Below are positions 57,002-64,000 of a DNA stretch of 64,000 bases, in pieces. Both the position numbers and the translations under genes were made by a program. The DNA comes from a virus: the IMG/VR virus record IMGVR_UViG_3300045988_183539. One strand, 5' to 3'. The notes beneath the pieces were generated by a model. The model saw only the letters and a list, made by a program, of their open reading frames with translations, was not told where the DNA came from and did not search any database. The first letter of the stretch is position 1; each line of letters starts with the position of its first letter.

Positions 57002-59674
57002 ATGAATAGTAATAATATTGTTGAATGTATGTTTTTTGGTCAGAGATTTAATGAAAAGCCTTCTAAAATGGAAACAGGATATATACAGAAGAATATAACG
57101 ATTGCAAACATAACAATAGAAAATTTAGCAGAAGCTCTTGTTAATGGTGCTTCTTTTAGACCAAGCATATTAATAGGGGGACGTACAAAAGATGATTGGA
57201 AAAGACAACAGCTTTTTGGTTTAGATTTTGATAGTGGTGTTTCTATTGATGCATCATACAATAAAGCTATATCATTAGGTCTTATTCCTGTATTTATGTA
57301 TACTACATTTAGTCATACTCCAGAACATCACAAATATAGAATGATTTTTTGTACAGATAAAGTCATTACAGATATGGCTTTAAGAGACAAATTCCAAGCT
57401 ACTCTTATGGGTTTAATGGGAGATATAGATAAAGTATGTTTTAACAGAGATAGATTATTTTTTGGAGGAAAAGGTAAAGAAATACTTTTTCCTAATTTCA
57501 ATGCAAAACTTAATGCAGAAGAAATTATAGATAAGTATTGGAAAGATGATTTTGAAGTATATATAAAAGGACAAACTAAGTCAAAAAAAAGAAAATTAAA
57601 GAAAACAACAGAACCTAAGCAAAATAATTCATTTACTGTTATAAATTATGAACCAGATATTGATGAAATACCTTATGCAAGTTATCCAGTAAGATGTGTT
57701 ACCTTAGGTAATTTACGTTGTCTAAAAAAATATTATGATAGTATTATTTGGGCAGAAGGAATGCACAGAGAAAGATTTATTTTTATTTACTACAATTGTG
57801 TTAAATTACTTTATGGTTCAGATAGAGCTTATAAAGAATGTATAGAATTAAATAATAGTATGGAAGAACCATTAACAACATATGAATTAAAATCTGCAAT
57901 AATACATACAGATGAACATATGGAAAATAAAGATTGGTATAGAAAAGCATTACACGGAGATGGATGTTTTATTTTTAGACCTGAAACAATTATTTCAGAT
58001 AAATGGTTAAATATAGATGAAGAAACAGCTATAAAATGTGGATTTTTTGATAATAAAATAAGAAAAGAAAAAATAGAAGAAAATAAAAAGTTAGATACTC
58101 TTAGAGATAAAGAAGTAGCTAGATTATATTTATCTGGATTAGGTTATAAAAAAATAGTTAATAACCTTTCTAAGGAATATAAATGTAGTGCATCTACAGT
58201 TAAAAGAACTATAGAGAGATTAGGAATAAAAGAAAGAAATATTTCTTTAGAAGATATAGAGTTTAATGAAAATAAGAAGTATGCCAAACATTCGTTTGGG
58301 GTGCCGAAAGTGACTAAACTAGAAAAAGAAGTTTTTAAGGTAAAGTCTAAAAAAGAAATATCAGATAATAAAGAAGATAATATAGTATTTTTAAATGAAG
58401 ACTGTAAGAGATTATATGAAACGTCTAAAAATGCAGGGTCAGAAAGTAATATTAATGAACAGGAGATAGCTATTGAAACAATATTAAATAATCCTACAGT
58501 TAATTACTGTTTAAAAGGTAAAGCTGGTACAGGTAAAAGTTATTGTATTAATAGTTTATTACAGAGATTAACAGAAGAAGAAAGAAAAAAGACATTAGTA
58601 GTAGCTCCAACAGGAGTAGCTGCTTCTAATATTACATATACAACAGCTCATACAATACATTCAATATTTGAGTTATATACATTCGTACAAAGACAAGATG
58701 AACATATTAGGATACCTAAGATTTTATTAAATGTAGATAGAATTATCATTGATGAAATAGGTATGGTAAGAAAAGATGTATTTAATCAGTTAGTACGAAT
58801 TATTAATAATGCTCAAAAATTAACAGGTAATAAAATACAGTTAATATTAGCAGGAGATTTTGGACAGATTTCCCCTGTTGTTACAAAAGAAGATAAAACT
58901 GTAATGGATATTTATTACAAGGGAAGTGAAGATAAATATTTCTGTTTTGATAGTCCTTTATGGGATAGTTTAGATATTCATACAATAGTATTAAGAAATA
59001 ATCATAGACATAATAATGATGATTGCGATGAATTACAGAAAGAATTTATTAATATATGTGATGAGATTAAATTTGGAGCTATATCAGGATTAAAATGGTT
59101 AAATAATAACTTAAAACATACTGCTATAGAAGATGGAATATATCTTTGTGCTAATAATAAACAGGTTGATGTTTATAATAAAATGTATACAGATAAATTC
59201 ACAGATAAAAAGACATATAATGCTGTATGTTTTGGAATTACATCTGAAAGAAAATTACCTGTAAAGCTTAGTTTAGAATTAGCAGTAGGTATGAAAATAA
59301 TGACTCTTGTTAATACAAAGAAATACAAGAATGGTAGTTTAGGAGTAATAACAAAGCTTTATAAGGATAAGATTAAAGTAAAGTTAGATAATACAGGAAA
59401 AGAGATTACTGTAAAATATACTGAATTTAAGATAAATGAAGAAACTGATGAAGTATTATATCAGTTACCAATAGCTATAGCATATGCTATTACTGTAAAT
59501 AAAGCACAAGGATTAACATTAGAGAAAGTAAATATTGTTCCTGGCTTTTTTGCGGCAGGACAATTATATACAGCTATAACAAGAATAAAGAATGTACATA
59601 ATATTAGTATTATTGGTGAATTAAAAGAAACTGATTTAGTTGTAGATACAAGAGCATTAAGTTTTATTGCTTAA
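57002..59674 (+). CDS. replication protein: N-terminal AEP-type Prim-Pol + PriCT-like region + HTH, fused to a C-terminal Pif1/RecD-like helicase
   Basis: N-terminal LFGLDFDSG (DxD) and TTFSHTPEHHKY (SxH) primase-polymerase motifs; HTH ASTVKRTIERLG. Helicase motifs LKGKAGTGKSY, VVAPTGVAASNI, IIDEIGMV, ITVNKAQGLT, AAGQLYTAITRIKN. GAGAGGAG RBS. Confidence 0.7.
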   Translation: MNSNNIVECMFFGQRFNEKPSKMETGYIQKNITIANITIENLAEALVNGASFRPSILIGGRTKDDWKRQQLFGLDFDSGVSIDASYNKAISLGLIPVFMYTTFSHTPEHHKYRMIFCTDKVITDMALRDKFQATLMGLMGDIDKVCFNRDRLFFGGKGKEILFPNFNAKLNAEEIIDKYWKDDFEVYIKGQTKSKKRKLKKTTEPKQNNSFTVINYEPDIDEIPYASYPVRCVTLGNLRCLKKYYDSIIWAEGMHRERFIFIYYNCVKLLYGSDRAYKECIELNNSMEEPLTTYELKSAIIHTDEHMENKDWYRKALHGDGCFIFRPETIISDKWLNIDEETAIKCGFFDNKIRKEKIEENKKLDTLRDKEVARLYLSGLGYKKIVNNLSKEYKCSASTVKRTIERLGIKERNISLEDIEFNENKKYAKHSFGVPKVTKLEKEVFKVKSKKEISDNKEDNIVFLNEDCKRLYETSKNAGSESNINEQEIAIETILNNPTVNYCLKGKAGTGKSYCINSLLQRLTEEERKKTLVVAPTGVAASNITYTTAHTIHSIFELYTFVQRQDEHIRIPKILLNVDRIIIDEIGMVRKDVFNQLVRIINNAQKLTGNKIQLILAGDFGQISPVVTKEDKTVMDIYYKGSEDKYFCFDSPLWDSLDIHTIVLRNNHRHNNDDCDELQKEFINICDEIKFGAISGLKWLNNNLKHTAIEDGIYLCANNKQVDVYNKMYTDKFTDKKTYNAVCFGITSERKLPVKLSLELAVGMKIMTLVNTKKYKNGSLGVITKLYKDKIKVKLDNTGKEITVKYTEFKINEETDEVLYQLPIAIAYAITVNKAQGLTLEKVNIVPGFFAAGQLYTAITRIKNVHNISIIGELKETDLVVDTRALSFIA
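58285..58341 (+). repeat. copy C of the conserved ~55-nt element, embedded in the primase-helicase CDS at the linker between HTH and helicase domains
   Basis: AAACATTCGTTTGGGGTGCCGAAAGTGACTAAACTAGAAAAAGAAGTTTTTAAGG; encodes ...KHSFGVPKVTKLEKEVFKV... Confidence 0.7.
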
Positions 59675-59735
59675 ATAAAAAGCAGTTAAAAAATACAATA
59701 CATAAATTAAGATTATATGAAAGGAAATTAAAATT

Positions 59736-60209
59736 ATGGATAAAAGAAAAGTAATGACAGGACATTATCAGGAAAATATGTTTGGAGATTTAATGGATAG
59801 AGAAGATTATTTTCATAAGCTGCCGAACCTTTCAAGAAGACAGGTAGAACTTCCTAAGGAAAAAGAGAAAGTATTTTTTATAAAAGAAGATGAAATTGAT
59901 TGGGGATTAAGAAGCCAAGAGCTATTAGATGAAGAAAAAAATACGATATATGAAGTATATGATTTAACTGAATGTCCAGAAGATGCAACAATATATAGAG
60001 ATTTATTTAACGCTAATGATTATATTGCTGCATTAAAATTAGGAATGAAATTAGCAAAAGAAGGTTACACATCTATAAAAGTTATGGATATAGATAAATT
60101 AAATGAATATCTTGAAAGTAAGAATAAAGAGAAGGCTGTAGAAAATACTAAAGAAACAACAAAAGAAATAGCTGATAAAGAAATAGAAGATTTGTTCATA
60201 TTAGATTAA
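59736..60209 (+). CDS. hypothetical 157-aa protein
   Basis: AAAGGAAAT RBS. Confidence 0.45.
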   Translation: MDKRKVMTGHYQENMFGDLMDREDYFHKLPNLSRRQVELPKEKEKVFFIKEDEIDWGLRSQELLDEEKNTIYEVYDLTECPEDATIYRDLFNANDYIAALKLGMKLAKEGYTSIKVMDIDKLNEYLESKNKEKAVENTKETTKEIADKEIEDLFILD

Positions 60210-60283
60210 AGATATAAATATCTTTTCTGTAATGTTCTTATGTAGATATTAAATTATCAAGAAAAGAAGGAAAGTAAATATTA

Positions 60284-60604
60284 ATGGAGTTTGCAGTACA
60301 AAGCAATGTTATTAGAGGACTTTCAAAACAGCAATATCAGACATTAATGGAATTATGTCAGTATTCAAACAATCTTTACAATGTCGCACTTTACAATATC
60401 AGACAATATTTCTTTAATGAGAAACAGTTTTTAACTTACGAGAGTAATTATCACGAGTGTAAAGAAAATGAAAACTATGCTTTGTTACAAGCAGGAGTTG
60501 CACAACAGACTTTAAAAGTCGCTGATAGAAGTTTTAAATCATTCTTTAATCTGTTAAAGAAATGTAAAACTGGTGATTATCGTTACCATAAAGTTCACAA
60601 GTAG
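60284..60604 (+). pseudogene. N-terminal fragment of an IS200/IS605-family TnpB (OrfB)-like protein
   Basis: 106 aa resembling the TnpB N-terminal helical region (LSKQQYQTLMELCQYSNNLYNVALYN...LLQAGVAQQTLKVADRSFKSFFNLLKK...YHKVHK*), then a stop; RuvC-like and zinc-finger parts are absent. Confidence 0.4.
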
Positions 60605-60633
60605 CAATAGAGATTTCAATTTCTAATAAAAGA

Positions 60634-60855
60634 ATGCGAAATACTAATTTTGATATTTTACCTGACGAATATACAAAAATACTAATAACAAAAGATAATA
60701 AAGATGAAAATAATAATATTGAAAAGCTACCATATTATGATTTCATATATGAGTTATCTAAAGGCAAACAATTATTAGAGTACAAGAGAACTCCTATAAA
60801 AGTAAATGAACCTAATATAGAGCAAGAAAAAATATGTGATATAAAAACACAATAA
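60634..60855 (+). CDS. hypothetical 73-aa protein
   Basis: ORF track. Confidence 0.3.
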   Translation: MRNTNFDILPDEYTKILITKDNKDENNNIEKLPYYDFIYELSKGKQLLEYKRTPIKVNEPNIEQEKICDIKTQ

Positions 60856-60872
60856 TAAAATATTTTTAAAAT

Positions 60873-60909
60873 AAGGGCTGTTTTTTAAGACAGAACCCTT
60901 ATTTTTTTT
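60873..60909 (+). terminator. rho-independent terminator
   Basis: aagggctg...cagaaccctt + T8. Confidence 0.55.
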
Positions 60910-60945
60910 CACTTTGAGACAATATTATTGTATAAAGTGATATTG
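60905..60945 (+). promoter_or_regulatory. promoter cassette family member
   Basis: TTTTTTTTCACTTTGAGACAATATTATTGTATAAAGTGA. Confidence 0.4.
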
Positions 60946-60971
60946 TTGTAATTATAAAAAAGGAGCGAAAA

Positions 60972-61223
60972 ATGTTTAATATTCGTAAAAAGAAACTAAA
61001 AAAGATATTAGATAGACAATATGAGTGTTCTTCATTAAGAGATTATTTAAGAAATATAACACATAAAGAATTACATATACTTGCAGAAGAAATAATATGG
61101 AAAAATTATGATGGTTATAATACAGAAGCTTGTTTATCAAAACAAAAGCATTATGATTATATGGATAGAGATAGTAAAGAATTTTTTATATATGAAAATA
61201 GTTCTCTATTAGGATTATATTAG
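60972..61223 (+). CDS. hypothetical 83-aa protein
   Basis: AAGGAGCGAAAAATG RBS. Confidence 0.45.
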   Translation: MFNIRKKKLKKILDRQYECSSLRDYLRNITHKELHILAEEIIWKNYDGYNTEACLSKQKHYDYMDRDSKEFFIYENSSLLGLY

Positions 61224-61252
61224 TTTTTTATTAATATAAGGAGCATATAACA

Positions 61253-61810
61253 ATGAAAAAGAAAAGTTTTATAAAAGAGTTTATAAAAAGAAATGAAGAA
61301 TATTATGCAGAGTTTCTTGTATTTTTAGATGTTACTATTTCTTTTATTATAGGAGGAGTAATAACATTTTTAACAAATAATCATTCAGAAAATAATTGTT
61401 ATTTTTTTATTAATTTACTTGAAAATATAATTATTGTGTTAATTATAAGTTTTTTAATAATGTATTGTTTATTTTTAGTATTTGTAAAAATAATTCCTAA
61501 TGTTATTAATTTTGTAAATAAACAGAAAGCAATTTATAAATATGTTCGTTTATTTAATGAACTTGAAAATAGAAAATTTTTAGATACAGCTTTAGATGTT
61601 ACAGCATATATTATAAAAATATTAAATTATAAAAAAGCAGATGGTTCTTTTTCAGTTATAAAATTAACAAAGGAAGATACATATAAGTTATCAGATTTTT
61701 ATAAAAAAAGATTTAATGAGCCTATAATGATAGAAGATAAAATGTTTAAGAAAATTGGATATAAAAATCCATTTCCATATAGCGAAGTTATATGGTGTTC
61801 TAATCCTTAA
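61253..61810 (+). CDS. membrane protein (two TM helices)
   Basis: AAGGAGCAT RBS. Confidence 0.45.
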   Translation: MKKKSFIKEFIKRNEEYYAEFLVFLDVTISFIIGGVITFLTNNHSENNCYFFINLLENIIIVLIISFLIMYCLFLVFVKIIPNVINFVNKQKAIYKYVRLFNELENRKFLDTALDVTAYIIKILNYKKADGSFSVIKLTKEDTYKLSDFYKKRFNEPIMIEDKMFKKIGYKNPFPYSEVIWCSNP

Positions 61811-61907
61811 AAAATAAAGCTTCAATATTGTTTTTTATAAAAATATGACAATATATATAAAATAATTAATTTATTTCTTACCAATAAAGAAAAGAGGATA
61901 AAAAGCT

Positions 61908-62798
61908 ATGGATAATACAGCTTTAGCAAAGAGAATGAAAAAATATTATGAAGAAGTACCTAAAACAAGATTAATAAGAAGAATGCCAGTATGTATAAGA
62001 TTAGATGGAAAAGCATTTCATACGTTTTTAAAGGGATTTAAAAAGCCATTTGATGATATATTTATAAAAACAATGCAGGATACTATGAGATACTTATGTC
62101 AGAATATACAGGGATGTGTATTAGGTTATTCACAATCAGATGAAATCAGTTTAATACTTATAGATTATCAAAAACTCACAACAAGTGCCTGGTTTGATTA
62201 TAATGTTCAAAAGATATGTAGTGTGTCATCAAGTATGGCTACATTAACCTTTAATAAGCTATTAAAAAACAATGTTGATAAATATAAGGTTGAAAAATGG
62301 GATGGAGTTTCAAAGTATAAAAATGGAGAAGATGAATATATTGAGACATTATTAAGAGCAGTTGATAAAGGTGCAATGTTTGATAGTAGATGTTTTAATA
62401 TACCAAAGGAAGAGGTTGCTAATTTAATATTCTGGAGACAATTTGATGCAAGCAATAATTCAGTACAAATGGTAGGACAGGCTTATTTTACGCAAGAAGA
62501 ACTTAATAACAAGAATACTAATCAGATACAGGATATGTTAATGACACAGAAAGGCATTAACTGGAATGATTATCCTATTTATCAGAAGAGAGGAAGTTGC
62601 TGTATTAAACGAAAATTCTGGATTGATAAAAATGATGGGTGTGAATTTAGTGAAGAATATTCTTGTGAATTAGAAAAAGCAGGCGTTAATAGTGATAATG
62701 CTATTAAAAAAACAGAATGGATTATAGATAAAAACATTCCTATATTCAAAGGAGAAAACAGAAAATATATAAATGAATTAATACTTTTTAAGGAGTAA
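61908..62798 (+). CDS. Thg1-like protein (TLP): tRNA-His guanylyltransferase-family 3'-5' nucleotidyltransferase
   Basis: PVCIRLDGKAFHTFLKGFKKPFD and VLGYSQSDEISLIL match the Thg1 RLDG-x-FH-x-F and GQSDEYSF catalytic motifs; C-terminal ANLIFWRQFDASNN matches the Thg1 WRQ region; 296 aa. Confidence 0.65.
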   Translation: MDNTALAKRMKKYYEEVPKTRLIRRMPVCIRLDGKAFHTFLKGFKKPFDDIFIKTMQDTMRYLCQNIQGCVLGYSQSDEISLILIDYQKLTTSAWFDYNVQKICSVSSSMATLTFNKLLKNNVDKYKVEKWDGVSKYKNGEDEYIETLLRAVDKGAMFDSRCFNIPKEEVANLIFWRQFDASNNSVQMVGQAYFTQEELNNKNTNQIQDMLMTQKGINWNDYPIYQKRGSCCIKRKFWIDKNDGCEFSEEYSCELEKAGVNSDNAIKKTEWIIDKNIPIFKGENRKYINELILFKE

Positions 62799-62804
62799 AA
62801 ATAA

Positions 62805-63002
62805 ATGGATAATGTGTGGCATATATTTGACAAAGAATATCCAGATAAAAAATTAATAAAAGGGAAAAGATATTTGATTTGCACTTGGAGTAATGAGTAT
62901 TTTTGTGCTGAATTTACAGGTGAAGATTTTTTTGGATATCCATTATTAACAAAAGCTTGGGCTGAATTTGAAAGATTTGAAGAAAAAGAATATAAAAAAT
63001 AA
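62805..63002 (+). CDS. hypothetical 65-aa protein
   Basis: ORF track; 6 nt after the previous gene. Confidence 0.4.
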   Translation: MDNVWHIFDKEYPDKKLIKGKRYLICTWSNEYFCAEFTGEDFFGYPLLTKAWAEFERFEEKEYKK

Positions 63003-63112
63003 GTTTGAAAAATAAAAGGAGAATTTTAGATATGGGAAGTTATACAAATTATAGTATGGAAGTAATAGATATTGATAATTAAGGATATAATGCATATAAA
63101 ATTGCAAAATAT

Positions 63113-63298
63113 ATGTTAGACAAAAATAATGAAGCTGAAAAATATTATGCTTTTTATAATAGTTTAGAAAATTTTATAGAAAATATTGACCCTACATTAA
63201 AAATAGATTATTTCCTGATATACTTTTTAAATTACACGAAGAAGGTGAAAGAAATGAAGATATATTGGATAAAGTATTTTATAAATGGAAAAATGTAA
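63113..63298 (+). CDS. hypothetical 61-aa protein
   Basis: ORF track. Confidence 0.3.
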   Translation: MLDKNNEAEKYYAFYNSLENFIENIDPTLKIDYFLIYFLNYTKKVKEMKIYWIKYFINGKM

Positions 63299-63390
63299 CA
63301 TTGCCCAGCAGAAATACATATTCCAGAATTTGATGGAAACAAATTAGAAGGAATAAGTCAAGATAATATAGAAATGGATAGGTAAAGATT

Positions 63391-63615
63391 ATGGAAAAAG
63401 GAACAGATATATGTTTAGCAGAGATAGCTTTTTTAATATTAAGAAATATTCCTAATGGGTATTCAAAAGAAGAAAAAGACTGTTTTGGAAATGGTGTTAT
63501 TACTATGTTAAACACTTTACAAAGTACACTTGATATATTAAAAGAAAATTCTAATATAAGTATGGAAGATATTGAAAATATTATAAAAAAAGAGATTTTA
63601 TTGGGGAAGGAATAA
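63391..63615 (+). CDS. hypothetical 74-aa protein
   Basis: ORF track. Confidence 0.35.
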   Translation: MEKGTDICLAEIAFLILRNIPNGYSKEEKDCFGNGVITMLNTLQSTLDILKENSNISMEDIENIIKKEILLGKE

Positions 63616-63621
63616 ATATAT

Positions 63622-64000
63622 ATGGTCAAAAAAATAAGATTAATTGGAGACAAAACAACTAATTTATTTTGTATGAATTTAAAACAATATTTTAATTTTA
63701 TAGGTACTTATGTTGAAATAGATTATGTGTATGATTATATTTATAAAAACGATTTTATAGATAAAGAGTTATTAAATGATTTATTTATAATAACAGATAA
63801 TAAAGAAAATAATATAAATATTGAGTATGATTTAGTAATTTCAACAATTAAAAATACAGGTAGTGACATTTATATTATAGAAGACAGTATAAATCAAATA
63901 AAATACAATTATGAAGAAGACATAAATATTATTTTATCTCTATTATTAAAAAATAATTATATTACAGAAGATGAATATGATGTTTTAAATATATTAAATC
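63622..64000 (+). CDS. hypothetical protein, 5' portion (continues beyond the window)
   Basis: GGGGAAGGAATAAATATATATG RBS; open frame to the window end. Confidence 0.35.
   Translation, partial: MVKKIRLIGDKTTNLFCMNLKQYFNFIGTYVEIDYVYDYIYKNDFIDKELLNDLFIITDNKENNINIEYDLVISTIKNTGSDIYIIEDSINQIKYNYEEDINIILSLLLKNNYITEDEYDVLNILN

Noticed and set aside
58285-58341. Interpretation of the triplicated element as a DGR template/variable repeat pair
   Set aside because: No reverse transcriptase gene in the window, and the differences between copies are not adenine-specific. Indels are also present.
1-64000. CRISPR arrays, rRNA genes, and integrase/relaxase/coupling-protein genes
   Set aside because: No regularly spaced direct repeats of CRISPR type. 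No rRNA-like conserved stretches. No ORF with tyrosine/serine recombinase, relaxase or FtsK/VirD4 motifs in this window; they may lie outside it.

Overview
The window is very AT-rich (about 27-28% GC) and almost every gene is on the + strand. It reads as part of a Clostridia-like (Firmicutes) conjugative plasmid or ICE; this is inferred, not database-confirmed. All calls below come from reading the ORF track and the raw sequence; no searches were run.

Layout:
- 1-21.4 kb: a Gram-positive conjugation (T4SS-like) module. It holds a VirB4-like ATPase (749-3217), a 1481-aa multidomain protein with a TM segment, a Cys/His-rich repeat region and an aberrant NlpC/P60-like C-terminus, an M20/M28-like peptidase, an Amidase_3 cell-wall amidase, a 615-aa acidic protein with internal repeats, a HAD 5'(3')-deoxyribonucleotidase and a YdjM-type membrane hydrolase.
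- About 21.56 kb: a tRNA 3'-half-like fragment (T-arm plus acceptor) beside a perfect palindrome, which may be an att-site remnant.
- 21.6-25.9 kb: a Tad/Flp-like pilus locus (Flp-type pilins, TadA/CpaF ATPase, TadB/C membrane protein, two pseudopilin-like proteins).
- 26-30 kb: a Pif1/RecD-like helicase, and on the - strand an HExxH protein and a RuvC-like resolvase.
- 30-56 kb: an accessory island of mostly small genes, each with its own terminator-promoter cassette. It includes flotillin, three radical-SAM enzymes (one a trimmed RlmN/Cfr-like form, one with a SPASM-like C-terminus next to a PD-(D/E)xK nuclease-like protein), a HipB/HipA module plus a truncated hipA copy, paralogous small acidic proteins, a NACHT/STAND-like NTPase and HExxH metalloprotease-like proteins. 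Four genes here are broken by a frameshift at a homopolymer run or by an in-frame stop codon.
- 56.6-59.7 kb: a replication module, with iteron-like repeats upstream of a Prim-Pol/PriCT/HTH/Pif1-helicase fusion.
- 60-64 kb: a TnpB N-terminal remnant, a Thg1-like 3'-5' nucleotidyltransferase and small ORFs.

Two nucleotide-level repeat families stand out. One is a ~55-nt conserved noncoding element present three times, with the third copy inside the primase-helicase CDS. The other is a terminator-promoter cassette (TTtACTTT-n-CACAyTATTATT-rTAtAAA) found at least 14 times.

No CRISPR array, rRNA, integrase or relaxase was seen.
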